Source: Pristiophorus japonicus (lineage: Eukaryota). Taken from it: DNA of 64,000 nt. The position numbers and the translations under genes were made by a program. Location of the stretch: assembly GCF_044704955.1 (NCBI RefSeq), contig NC_091997.1, forward strand, positions 85,746,001 to 85,810,000, in the 5' to 3' direction. Within the stretch, counting starts at the first letter, position 1. Each line of letters begins with the position of its first letter. The notes beneath the pieces are model-generated. The model made no database searches. It saw nothing but the letters and a program-made list of their open reading frames with translations, and was not told where the DNA came from. Below are positions 51,101 to 64,000 of this stretch, piece by piece.

Positions 51101-54100
51101 AGATCCATTGGCATATTGAAACAGCGTTTCGGATGCCTGGACCATTCCGGAGGACAGTTGCTATACTCTCCTCAGATTGTCGGTCACTTCACTGTTGTGT
51201 GCTGCATGCTTCATAACTTAGCCATCATGAGGCAGCAGGAGCTGGTAATGGAACCAGAAGACCCACGTGAGGGTCCAGTACCTGATGATAGTATTATGGA
51301 AGAGCAGGATGAGGATGATGACGACGATCAGGAAAGCATGCAAGTGCCTGATGCCGGAGCACTAGGTCGGAGGAGGGCTGTCCATCGTGCTCCTTTAACG
51401 ATTGCTCGAGCCTTGTGCCAGCAGCTCATCCGTGAACGCTTCAACTACTGATGCCTGAGGGTTCTGTGACCACTTTTGCACATGGACATGTTTATTCTTT
51501 GCAGTTGTTCCGACGTTGTGTTGTGTTAATGGAACATTTAATGGAAGTTTTAATGAAAAAATATTTTATTGAAAAGTTAACGTCACTGTAATAAAATATT
51601 TGTTGTATCAAACTATACTTTTTAATATGACTCTTGAAGATCACTTAAAAACTTTATGGTCACTTATAAACTTGTAAAGTTACAAAAGTTACAAAACAAT
51701 CGCAATGTGAAAAATCTTACTCTTAAGATCACTTAAACTTCAAGATCACTTTTTAGATGCAAAATTAAATAAGTTACAGAATGTGAGAGCATTTACACTA
51801 AAAGATCACTTGAAAACCCTGAGATCACTTATAAATTGTAAAATTACAAAACTTACAAAACAATTTCAATTTGAAAAACGCTACTACAGCTACATCAAGA
51901 ACAAGAACAAAAGCAGCAAAGAAAGGCTGCATCCATGTCTCATCCATATCTCAGTGAATGTTCACTTCCTCATAGGGGTGTCATTTGATTGGCCGGGCTG
52001 TGTGCCCTTATTGCAGCAGCTACCTCAACCAGGCCCTCCCTGACGGCCTGTGCCGTCATTTGCATGCCCCCCCGACGGCCTGTGCTGTTGATTGCACTCT
52101 CTCGGACATTCCCTCCCTAAGTTCCCGTGTCATTACTGCTATTTCTCCTGTCAGGACCGTCAACTCTTCACCCACTGCACTGACGCCACCGATGAGTGAT
52201 CGGGTAAGCTCATTGGTCTCCATACCCAACGCCACAACCTGAGCCGCATCTGTTGCATGCTGCATCTCAGGAGAGCGTGTCTCCAATCTCCTTCTCCTCT
52301 GCCTGGGTCTGCCTCGTGGCACCACTACACTGGGAGGCGCGGGCACGGACAGTGGGACGCTCTGTGTTGCAAGCGGCACCACTACACAGGGAGGCGCGGG
52401 CTGGGACTGTGGGACGCTCTGTGTTCCAGACGGCAGAACTAGAGGGAGAGACTCGGGTTGAAATGCTGGGATGCTCTGTGTTGCAGACGGCAGAACTAGA
52501 GGGAGAGGCTCGGGTTGGAATGCTGGAATGCTCTGTGTTGCAGACGGCAGAACTAGAGGGAGAGGCTCGGGCTGGAACGGTAGGACGCTCTGTGTTGCAG
52601 ACGGCAGTACTAGAGAGAGAGGCTCGGGCTGGGATGGTGGGGCGCTCGGTGTTCCAGACAACAGCACTCGAGTGCGAGCCATGGGCTGGGATGTTGGACG
52701 AATGAGTATAAACTGCTCCATGATATCAGCAGCAGCACTGGGACCCGCAGCGTCGGAATCAAAACCATAGTAGATGGAGCCAGAACCTATGCGAGAGGGA
52801 GGAGCAGGCTCGGACGGTAGTGCACTGACTGTAGAAAGCTGCATTATACCAGCAGCACCACTGGGACCCGCAACATCGGAAGCAAAACCATGGAAGGTGG
52901 AACCAAGACCTATGCTAGGGGTTGAAACTCTGATGCCCCTTGATGGGGGCTCAAACATTAAATTGGAAGCTCTCCCCTGCAGACATTTCAGTCATCGCTG
53001 CCATCATCCAGTCTGGTTCATCCACATCTGGTTGATCTGTATCTTCAGGATCCTCAGGGTTGGCAGCAGCAGCACCACCTTCATCATCATCATCATCATC
53101 AACATCATCATCATCATCATGTTCTGCAAAATACATCAGAACAGTCAAATGTTTAACAGCAAGGGAGGGGGCCGGATGGGTGGCATGAGTACTCTCACAC
53201 ATAGCAGGTTAGGCAGCAGGTTGATTTAAAGGGCCACGATGCATTTTCAGGACTTACCCTCTTCCTCGTGTGCAGGCCCAGCTTGTGCTGTACTGATTGC
53301 TTTTCTCCATGTACCACTCATCATAGCAGCTACCCTCTGTTCCAAGGGTGTCAGTGGATGCAGATTGGGCATGCCTCCTCCTGTCCGAGTTGCCTCCCTT
53401 TTGTTGTGGGCCAATTTCTTCTGCAAAGAGTAAAATCTAACTTTTTACAGAGTGTGTCAGTCTGCAAGGTGGGACATACAGATCGCCAGGTTACATTGTC
53501 TCCGTATCCACTCTATCAAAATCTCTCATCGTTTTAAAGACCTCTGTTAGGTCACCCCTCAGCCCTCTTTTTTCATGATAAAAGAGACCTAGCCTTTTCA
53601 TCCTTTCCTCATGTGTATACCCTCGCATTTCTGATATCATCCTTGTAAATCTTCTCTGAACCCTCTCCAGTGCTTCCATATCCTTTTTATAATATGGCGA
53701 CCAGAACTGTACGCAGAACAGGTGCAGCGCCTAAGACCCGAAACTCTCGGGACCGAGGCCATTCCGGATTCTGGGTTTTTCTGGACTTTCAATTTGCTTT
53801 CTGACATCACGAATCCGGAAACACCCACGCCCAGGTTTGAGTATTTCCGGATTTCGGAACATCTGAAAGGGGGGCGGGGGGGGTGCGGCGGGGATGGATT
53901 CCCACCAAGAAGCTGTTCGGGCCGCCTGGCCCCACTGCCAAGGATGTTGTCGGGCGGGGCTCTGCCGGAAGGTTGTTGTCGGGTGGTCCCCGCCGAGGAT
54001 GATATCGTCAGATGAGCCCCGCCGAGGAGATCATCATCGGGTGGGTTGGCGAGGAGACCCCGAGGTAAGGGCAGCGACGTTGAGGTGAGCGGGGCTGGGT

Positions 54101-57100
54101 GAGCTGTAGCGAGGCCCAAGGTTGGGCAGCAACGGGGCCCCGAGGTGGGCAGGGTCATCGAGTCCAAATTTCCGGAACATTTTACGGATTCTGGACAACC
54201 CTACCACCAATCGTCCTGGAGTCTGGATTCCGGAACATTCCGGATTCTGGACTCCGGATTCTCAATGCTGCACCTGTACTCTAAGGCCCTGGAATTGGTG
54301 GAAGCTAAGTTCTGCCCAAAGGACCGCTGAGATCCTGACGGTACTTTGGCCGGAAGTTTCATGGAAAAATCTTGGAAAGACCGCCCGGCGGCAAAAATGG
54401 GACTTACGCCCTGAATCTGGGCGGCAGCGGGAGGTAGTTCCCATTCTCGGCGGCAAATGCAATCCTCAGCTAAGTACGAGGGCGGAACTGATAAAATTAA
54501 ACATTTTCACAAAATTAAAAAAACACTAGAAATCCTTCAGCGGACCCCATCCACCCGAATCCCTGCAAAAGAAATAAAGAAAAGAACTGCACTTACCTTT
54601 TATTGCAGGTCTTCATACTTACCGTTGAGGTTAGACCTGCCTTCACGCGGCGGGCTTGTCCCCTGCTGGAGCGGAGGACCGCCCGGACCAAACTGTCAGC
54701 ATTTACAATCATTCTCTCTGAAACTGACCCGAACTTCAGGATGTTGCGCATCTAAACGCGGAAATCCTGACGTTGCGGTCAGTCATTCAACACTCTGACA
54801 CAGGCGACGCTGTGGATCCCCTACCACCGACCCCACCCCGTATTGCCGGCAATCAGTGAAATCAGTGCAGCTTTCCCACGCTAATTTTGCTGTTAAACAC
54901 TCCATGAAATGTTAAGCCTTGTTAGATTAAGTGTAACTGGGGTTTTGACCAACAGTGTATTGACTGCAAAAAAAAAATCACGATTCCTTAATTTCCTGTG
55001 AGAGGCTTTGTTTCACGTTGACTGTTTAATGAGCTTTCCTGTCTCTATCTCTATCCCATTCTGCCCTTTCCCCGCAGGATCCACTTATCTCTTCTTCCGA
55101 GGACCAGGAGATGTCACCACTCTGCAATGCAACGTGCCCACCGGTGCTGGGAATAATGTAACCTTGTGCAGCTCCAGTGATGCCGGGTCAGGAATGGGTG
55201 AAATAAAATGTCAGCACCCAAAGAACGAGAAGCCATGTGATGAAAATATCGGTCCTCAGGGAAGAAAAGGATACAGTGAGCCAGAGTGTACAAAATGCAA
55301 ATTACATGACGACCAAACAGAGTCTCTGACATTCGCTGTGAAGACGATTAACTCGATGGTGTTTACCTTCATGGCTCAGGATTCCACAGAAGGAGGGGCA
55401 TTGGAGTGTCCGTCCTGGCTCACACTGTCACAGTCGGGATGTGAAAACCACGACTTGTTCTTTGTGATAACCCAGGATGGTAGGTGCACTGGGGCAATAT
55501 CGCGGGAGGGAACGGGGCAGAATCGGGGGAGGGATCGAGGAAGATATTCGGGAAGTATCGGGGGAGTGATCGGCAAGGTATTGCGAGAACATATAATGTA
55601 AGGTATTAGGTGAGACATTAGGGGAGATTTTTGGAGGCGTTGGGGAGATACTGGAGGAGGTTTTAGTGCGGATAGCTGTCATTGGGAAAATGTTAGAGCC
55701 TTTATTAAGATGAAAATACCGCGTATGCAGATAAAGAGTAAATAGTGAGAAGTAGCTGGCACGGGTTTCAAACTGTCCAGGAGGTAACAGACATGGTAAG
55801 TGGGGGAATGCAGTGGATGTAGTGTACATGACCTAGTGTATAAGACCTAGCTCTGCCAAGCCAGTGTGGCGGTTGGTGTGCAACCGCCAGCACACATTAA
55901 AATCGACGCACAGGAATCTTCCATCCTTCACAGTGTAGTTCGGACCTGCAATATTAGGTCCTTCATTGAAACACCCGTGAACTTTTTGACGTGGAAGCAA
56001 GTCATCCTCGATTGGAGGGACTGCCTATGATGATGAGTGTACATGGTCTTTAGGAAATTCTTTGATAAAGTACCACACTAGAGATTATTATATTAACAAA
56101 TATTCTTTTCAATCTTGTTTATATTTTCAGCTAATATATCTTCTATTGAAGAAAACTCCTTGTCGCTGACAGTGTCAGAAGGAGAGAATGTGACTTTACC
56201 CTGCCAGTTTCAGAATAGAAAACTACTCGCCTTCAATCTGTTTTGGTTCAGATCTGGAAACGTCAATAAGTGTCTGCACTCTGTTTCCATTGACTCTCAG
56301 GGGCCATATTCTAACCCACTCTGTTGTGTGGATAGAGAGTCGTCACAAATAATCTCTAACCAAAGCTCACACAATCCTTTGGTTAGCCGCCAGTCTCACA
56401 ACCTTACTATTCACTCAGCGGGCCTGGTGGACACTGGGAGGTATCTCTGTGCTGTACACAGTCAGGATTCAGGGAAATCTGTCTGGAAGATTGCAGCAAA
56501 CATCTCCCTTGTGACGGAGCCCAGTGCAGAAATTTCAGACTCTGCCACCTCAAACTCCTCAGAGACCAGCAACATAACTTATACAAATACTCAAAGTAAG
56601 TGATGCAATCTAGAACATGATGTGAACATTTAATATCAATAATTCAAGCTGTGAGATTCCAGGTCCATTGTCCAGTTTGTACCCTTTAGAAGTTGCTTCG
56701 ATTTTCTTCCTTTGCCATTGCACTATTCTAGATTGTAACCAGAAAAGTATGTTCCTCAGCCCAGGTAAACAGTGTAATGAGCAGCGGGAAATCTTCAGAC
56801 ACTCCCACCTCAACATTTGGAATATCTTTAGTGACCAGCAGCATAACTCATAGTAAGTGATACAATCCAGAATATGATGTGAACCATTTAATATCAATAA
56901 TTCAATATAAATAATATAAATAATTCTTTCAGGCAATGTCCCATATGTGAGATTCCAAATCAATTGTCTAGTTTTGTACCCATTAGACGTTGGTTCGATT
57001 TTCTTCCTTCGCAATTGCACTTTTCCAGATTGTAACCGGAAAAGTATCTTCCTCGGCCCAGGTAACCAGTGTGATCAGCTGTACATATAAGACGGCATTG

Positions 57101-57806
57101 CACAAACTGAACTTAATGTTGCTTCTCCTCTGCATTTCCAGACCCTGCCATCACTGTGAACGTAGCCATAGTGTGTCTGATTGTACTCATTTGCATTGTT
57201 GGGATAGTTTGCATTATTGGGGTAGTTTGCCGAAGGAAACGACAATCTGCCAAAGGTAAAGGTAAGCAAGAGCGTTAAAATGTTTGATCTAAATCTATAA
57301 AATTGTAAGAGCAGACTCCTTACATAGATTCTTACATTTATCTTTCCCATCTTACGGCATGTGTTGTGAAGGATCCTCAGCACCAGGACCCAGGTAGGGA
57401 TGGGATTTGATCAGTATTTCGGCAGACTTTCTGTATAATTTTGCTCATTTAATGGAACATTTACAGGTTACTTTTCTTTGCTAACTGTAGGGCCGGTGAT
57501 GTGCAGCTGACACAAGTGGCTGAATGTAAGTGACTAGAATTGCTGGCCAACTCTTCCGATCCTGGCCCTTTGAGAGTTGAAACTAAAAGCATGGTGTTCC
57601 CGCCCTTCTGTCCAGGTTTCCCGTACTCTGTGGTTCCCAGGAAGGATCAGAGCGATGACAACGAGCCTGTTGCGTATTCGGTGACAAGAGTTCCAACGCC
57701 GTCGAGCCAGCCAAGGCCTGGTGAAGGAATGGAGAGCACTGGCCCAAACATTGACTCTACAGAGCATGTGTACTGTTTGATCGAGGAGTCAATGGTCAAA
57801 GGGTAA
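48146..57806 (+). CDS. Copy C (terminal exons expected beyond 64000). Exons 48146-48200, 55078-55479, 56131-56595, 56732-56764 and/or 57029-57061, 57142-57261, 57372-57393, 57491-57525, 57616-57802
   Basis: Leader identical to copy B; D1, D2, TM and tail translations identical to copy A; downstream intron sequence (62424-64000) matches copy B 33164 onward. Confidence 0.82.
49361..53490 (+). mobile_element. PIF/Harbinger DNA transposon, decayed: DDE transposase 50252-51451 (+, frameshifted) and convergent partial second gene 52056-53430 (-)
   Basis: [45 protein letters not shown]1-like motifs; left end GGGGCCAAGTTTC; second gene acidic/Pro-rich with 60-bp repeats (52320-52660); right end not found. 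Confidence 0.88.
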
Positions 57807-58427
57807 GCAGAGTGACAGCTGTCACCCCTCGGCTACGGTCAACACTGACCACAACTTTGTTTTAGGATGGAGGGTTAGAAGATTGTTAATGTAATGAAGG
57901 TGAGGGGAGCCCATGCTGGCAAATGGGTTACTTTTCAACTTTGGCCACACAGTATCACTTGGAGCACTCCAGATTAGGCACAGCGTAAAACTCCCTCTGG
58001 ACTGTCCCAACAATGTTCCTCAACTCCAAGGTCAGGAGAGAGGTCAGACATCTTCACTTCTCACACCTCATGTCCTGTTTGAGTGGAAGGGCCAATTTAG
58101 AGGTAGTTTTGTACTGTGGCTCACATGAGCTGCAAACTGGATCGAGAGGACCAAATTAATATCATCAAGGGCCCTGAGAGAAAATGTGAGAGAAAGAAAG
58201 AGACAGAGAAAGACAGAGACAGAGACAGACAGTGATAGATTCAGACAGAGACTGACCTGATATTGGAATAAAGGAGCACTATCAGAAAAACATCACTGTG
58301 CCCTTATGAAGTTATCTTTTTTTTTTAAACTCTCTCAGAACAATATTTTGGCATATGTGACCATAATGATCAATTTCGTCCAAATATTTTACTGAATGAT
58401 TGGTAGTTTTAGGCAAGGAATTGGATT

Positions 58428-61400
58428 AGAAACATAGAAACATAGAAAATAGGTGCAGGAGCAGGCCATTCAGCCCTTCTAGCCTGCACCGCCATTCAAT
58501 GAGTTCATGGCTGAACATGAAACTTCAGTACCCCCTTCCTGCTTTCTCGCCATAACCCTTGATCCCCCGAGTAGTAAGGACTTCATCTAACTCCCTTTTG
58601 AATATATTAAGTGAATTGGCCTCAACTACTTTCTGTGGTAGAGAATTCCACAGGTTCACCACTCTCTGGGTGAAGAAGTTTCTCCTCATCTCGGTCCTAA
58701 ATGGCTTACCCCTTATCCTCAGACTGTGACCCCTGGTTCTGGACTTCCCCAACATTGGGAACATTCTTCCTGCATCTAACCTGTCTAAACCCGTCAGAAT
58801 TTTAAACGTTTCCATGAGGTCCCCTCTCATTCTTCTGAACTCCAGTGAATACAAGCCCAGTTGATCCAGTCTTTCTTGATAGGTCAGTCCCGCCATCCCG
58901 GGAATCAGTCTGGTGAATCTTCGCTGCACTCCCTCAATAGCAAGAATGTCCTTCCTCAGGTTAAGAGACCAAAACTGTACACAATACTCCAGGTGTGGCC
59001 TCACCAAGGCCCTGTACAACTGTAGCAACACCTCCCTGCCCCTGTATTCAAATCCCCTCGCTATGAAAGGCCAACATTCCATTTGCTTTCTTAACCGCCT
59101 GCTGTACCTGCATGCAAACCTTCAATGACTGATGTACCATGACACCCAGGTCTCGTTGCACCTTCCCTTTTCCGAATCTGTCACCATTCAGATAATAGTC
59201 TGTCTCTCTGTTTTTACCACCAAAGTGGATAACCTCACATTTATCCACATTATACTTCATCTGCCATGCATTTGCCCACTCACCTAACCTATCCAAGTCA
59301 CTCTGCAGCCTAATAGCATCCTCCTCGCAGCTCACACTGCCACCCAACTTAGTGTCATCCGCAAATTTGGAGATACTGCATTTAATCCCCTCGTCTAAAT
59401 CATTAATGTACAATGTAAACAGCTGGGGCCCCAGCACAGAACCTTGCGGCACCCCACTAGTCACTGCCTGCCATTCTGAAAAGTACCCGTTTACTCCTAC
59501 TCTTTGCTTCCTGTCTGACAACCAGTTCTCAATCCACGTCAGCACACTACCCCCAATCCCATGTGCTTTAACTTTGCACATTAATCTCTTGTGTGGGACC
59601 TTGTTGAAAGCCTTCTGAAAGTCCAAATATACCACATCAACTGGTTCTCCTTTGTCCACTTTACTGGAAACATCCTCAAAAAATTCCAGAAGATTTGTCA
59701 AGCATGATTTCCCTTTCACAAATCCATGCTGACTTGGACCTATCATGTCACCATTTTCCAGATGCACTGCTATGACATCCTTAATAATTGATTCCATCAT
59801 TTTACCCACAACTGAGGTCAGGCTGACCGGTCTATAATTCCCTGTTTTCTCTCTCCCTCCTTTTTTAAAAAGTGGGGTTACATTGGCTACCCTCCACTCC
59901 ATAGGAACTGATCCAGAGTCAATGGAATGTTGGAAAATGACTGTCAATGCATCCGCTATTTCCAAGGCCACCTCCTTAAGTACTCTGGGATGCAGTCCAT
60001 CAGGCCCTGGGGATTTATCGGCCTTCAATTCCATCAATTTCCCCAACACAATTTCCCGACTAATAAAGATTTCCCTCAGTTCCCCCTCCTTACTAGACCC
60101 TCTGACCCCTTTTATATCCGGAAGGTTGTTTGTATCCTCCTTAGTGAATACCGAACCAAAGTACTTGTTCAATTGGTCTGCCATTTCTTTGTTCCCCGTT
60201 ATGACTTCCCCTGATTCTGACTGCAGGGGACCTACGTTTGTCTTTACTAACCTTTTTCTCTTTACATACCTATAGAAACTTTTGCAATCCGCCTTAATGT
60301 TCCCTGCAAGCTTCTTCTCGTACTCCATTTTCCCTGCCCTAATCAAACCCTTTGTCCTCCTCTGCTGAGTTCTAAATTTCTCCCAGTCTCCGGGTTCGCT
60401 GCTATTTCTGACCAATTTGTATGCCACTTCCTTGGCTTTAATACTATCCCTGATTTCCCTAGATAGCCACGGTTGAGCCACCTTCCCTTTTTTATTTTTA
60501 CGCCAGACAGGAATGTACAATTGTTGTAATTCATCCATGCGGTCTCTAAATGTCTGCTATTGCCCATCCACAGTCAACCCCCTAAGTATCATTCGCCAAT
60601 CTATCCTAGCCAATTCACGCCTCATACCTTCAAAGTTACCCTTCTTTAATTTCTGGACCATGGTCTCTGAATTAACTGTTTCATTCTCCATCCTAATGCA
60701 GAATTCCACCATATTATGGTCACTCTTCCCCAAGGGGCCTCGCACAATGAGATTGCTAATTAATCCTCTCTCATTACACAACACCCAGTCTAAGATGGCC
60801 TCCCCCCTAGTTGGTTCCTCAACATATTGGTCTAGAAAACCATCCTTTATGCACTCCAGGAAATCCTCCTCCACCGTATTGCTTCCAGTTTGGCTAGCCC
60901 AATTTATGTGCATATTAAAGTCACCCATTATAATTGCTACACCTTTATTGCATGCTCCCCTAATTTCCTGTTTGATGCCCTCCCCAACATCCCTATTACT
61001 GTTTGGAGGTCTGTACACAACTCCTACTAACGTTTTTTGCCCTTTGGTGTTCTGCAGCTCTACCCATATAGATTCCACATCATCCAAGCTAATGTCTTTC
61101 CTAACTATTGCATTAATCTCCTCTTTAACCAGCAATGCTACCCCACCTCCTTTTCCTTTTATTCTATCCTTCCTGAATGTTGAATAACCCTGAATGTTGA
61201 GTTCCCAGCCCTGATCATCCTGGAGCCAGGTCTCCGTAATCCCAATCACATCATATTTGTTAACATCTATTTGCACAATTAATTCATCCACCTTATTGCG
61301 GATACTCCTTGCATTAAGACACAAAGCCTTCAGGCTTGTTTTTTTAACACCCTTTGCCCTTTTAGAATTTTGCTGTACAGTGGCCCTTTTTGTTCTTTGC

Positions 61401-62423
61401 CTTGGGTTTTTCTGCCCTCCACTTTTCCTCATCTCCTTTCTGTCTTTTGCTTTTGCCTCCTTTTTGTTTCCCTCTGTCTCCCTGCATTGGTTCCCATCCC
61501 CCTGCCATATTAGTTTAAATCCTCCCCAACAGCACTAGCAAACACTCCCCCTAGGACATTGGCTCCGGTCCTGCCCAGGTGCAGACCGTCCGGTTTGTAC
61601 TGGTCCCACCTCCCCCAGAACCGGTCCCAATGTCCCAGGAATTTGAATCCCTCCCTGCTGCACCACTGCTCAAGCCACGTATTCATCTGTGCTATCCTGC
61701 GATTCCTACTCTGACTATCACGTGGCACTGGTAGCAATCCCGAGATTACTACTTTTGAGGTCCTACTTTTTAATTTAGCTCCTAGCTCCTTAAATTCATT
61801 TCGTAGGACCTCATCCCTTTTTTTAACCTATGTCATTGGTACCAATGTGCACCACGACAACTGGCTGTTCTCCCTCCCATTTCAGAATGTCCTGCACCCG
61901 CTCCGAGACATCCTTGACCCTTGCACCAGGGAGGCAACATACCATCCTGGAGTCTCGGTCGCGGCCGCAGAAACGCCTATCTATTCCCCTCACCATTGAA
62001 TCCCCTATCACTATTGCTGTCCCGCTCTTTTTCTTGCCCTCCTGTGCAGCAGAGCCAGCCACAGTGCCATGAACTTGGCTGCTGCTGCCCTCCCCTGATG
62101 AGTCATTCCCCTCAACAGTACTCAAAACGGTGTATCTGTTTTGCAGGGGGATGACCGCAGGGGACCCCTGCACTACCTTCCTTGCACTACTCTTCCTGCT
62201 GGTCTTCCATTCCTTATCTGGCTGTGGACCCTTTCCCTGAGGTAAGACCAACTCACTACACGTGATACTCACGTCATTCTCAGCATCGTGGATGCTCCAG
62301 AGTGAATCCACCCTCAGCTCCAATTCCGTAACACGGACCGTCAGGAGCTTGAGGTGGACACACTTCCCGCACACGTAGTCGTCAGGGACACCGGAAGTGT
62401 CCCTGAGTTCCCACATGGTACAG
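58428..62423 (-). mobile_element. Near full-length CR1 LINE (~4.0 kb) in the penultimate-region intron of copy C: partial ORF1 (zinc finger and SGNH esterase) and ORF2 (APE endonuclease and RT)
   Basis: ORF1 CGKC and IVIGDSMVR...HIGTNDIG; ORF2 GITETW, VVYRPP, MGDFN, SDH; in-frame stop at 60557-60559 and frameshift near 59080; empty site in copy B at 33163/33164. Confidence 0.96.
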
Positions 62424-64000
62424 GAGGCTGAACACTCTTTGCAGAGAGGACAGCTTACATAGCAGACTCAGAGAGATAAAGAGAGATATGGAGACAGTAA
62501 CAGAGACACAGAGAGACAGAGAGAGACAGAGAGAGACAGACAGAGAGCAACACAAAGAGAGAAAGAGAAAGAGAGACAGTGTTTTGGATCGATAATAATA
62601 GATCCAGGTTCGGGATCTGGGTGAATGTTAAATAATAGACAAGACAAATGAAGTAAAGAATAAAATACCGTTTACTGAGGGAAAATAAATATTAATTAAA
62701 AAGTTTACGAAGAAAAGAGAAGTATGATAAGATGCAACAACGTTCATGGCCTTCGGCCTGTCGGGAACTCTGCAGCGAAGGCTGGTCAGGAGCCTTGGGG
62801 GTCCCGGCACCGCTCGCGAATCGCGGTCCAAGGTGAAGTTCGAAGAGCTAAGGGACAGTGCCGCTCCTTTATACTATTAAACAAAACATGGGTGCATGTG
62901 GCTTATGGCCAACTCCTAATCTGTAATGCCCCGGCTGCTTGTCCACAAAGCATGAGATCTCGAGGCGCCGACAGTCTCATAATAAGCTGGTGTGCATCTC
63001 AAGATCGCTTCCCTCTCTCTCTCTCTATAGCAACAACAATCCACGAAGCATGGAGCAGAAACACACTGTAAATGACTAAATATCATAATTAACTTTATGT
63101 GATTAACCCTATACAATAGAGATGGAGATAGACAGTGAGACGGGGATCGAATAACAGACAGAGAGCGAGAAACAGAGACAGAGAGAGANNNNNNNNNNNN
63201 NNNNNNNNNNNNNNNNNNNNNNNNNNNNNNNNNNNNNNNNNNNNNNNNNNNNNNNNNNNNNNNNNNNNNNNNNNNNNNNNNNNNNNNNNNNNNNNNNNNN
63301 NNNNNNNNNNNNNNNNNNNNNNNNNNNNNNNNNNNNNNNNNNNNNNNNNNNAGAGAGAGACGGAGGCAGGCAGAGAGAGANNNNNNNNNNNNNNNNNNNN
63401 NNNNNNNNNNNNNNNNNNNNNNNNNNNNNNNNNNNNNNNNNNNNNNNNNNNNNNNNNNNNNNNNNNNNNNNNNNNNNNNNNNNNNNNNNNNNNNNNNNNN
63501 NNNNNNNNNNNNNNNNNNNNNNNNNNNNNNNNNNNNNNNNNNNNNNNNNNNNNNNNNNNNNNNNNNNNNNNNNNNNNNNNNNNNNNNNNNNNNNNNNNNN
63601 NNNNNNNNNNNNNNNNNNNNNNNNNNNNNNNNNNNNNNNNNNNNNNNNNNNNNNNNNNNNNNNNNNNNNNNNNNNNNNNNNNCATAGAGAGAGACAGGGA
63701 GAGACGGTGATAGGCAGAGAGAGAGACAGAAAGAGAGAGACGGAGACAGATAGAAACAGCGAGAAAGAGAGATAGAGACAGGCAGAGAGAGACAGAGACA
63801 CAGAGAGACTCAGAGCGAGAGAGAGAAGGAGACAGGTAGAGAGAGACAGAGAGAGAGACAGGGAGAGAGACCGTGCGAGAGAGAGACAGATGGAGAGAAA
63901 AAGAAAGAAACAGAGTGAAAGAGAATTGGTGAGACAATCCGAGAGTCAGAGAGTGACAGACAGAGAGTGAGAGACAGAGAGTGACAGACAGAGTGACAGA

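Noticed and set aside
50252-51451. Domesticated HARBI1 host gene
   Set aside because: Frameshifted, intronic, absent from copy B, and flanked by a transposon end and partner gene, so a decayed transposon
58428-62423. Active autonomous CR1
   Set aside because: ORF2 has an in-frame stop and a frameshift, and ORF1 is 5'-truncated

Overview
Repeat-rich vertebrate genomic DNA; the CR1 LINEs with (TTTCTATG)n tails and HE1-like SINEs suggest a cartilaginous fish (shark-like), which is inference. No prokaryotic features are present. Under the transposons lies a tandem array of three + strand copies (A, B, C) of a multi-exon type I membrane Ig-superfamily receptor gene that the ORF track shows only in pieces. 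Manual splicing of copy B (20025-35526) gives an open frame of about 540 aa: signal peptide, an unusual Cys-rich Ig-like D1, V-type Ig D2, Ser/Thr stalk with a Cys microexon, an uncharged Cys-periodic TM, and a ~190 aa tail with five tyrosine motifs ending in ENPIYAKI. Paralog differences cluster in the CDR1- and CDR2-equivalent loops of D2, while TM and tail are almost invariant. Copy A has lost its two terminal exons through a ~7.8 kb deletion. Copy C is near-identical to A and runs off the window. The duplicated unit also carries two decayed Gypsy LTR elements, one ending 153 bp before the start codon. Copy-specific insertions include CR1s, SINEs, a solo LTR, a MITE and a Harbinger element. 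I cannot assign the receptor to a named gene.
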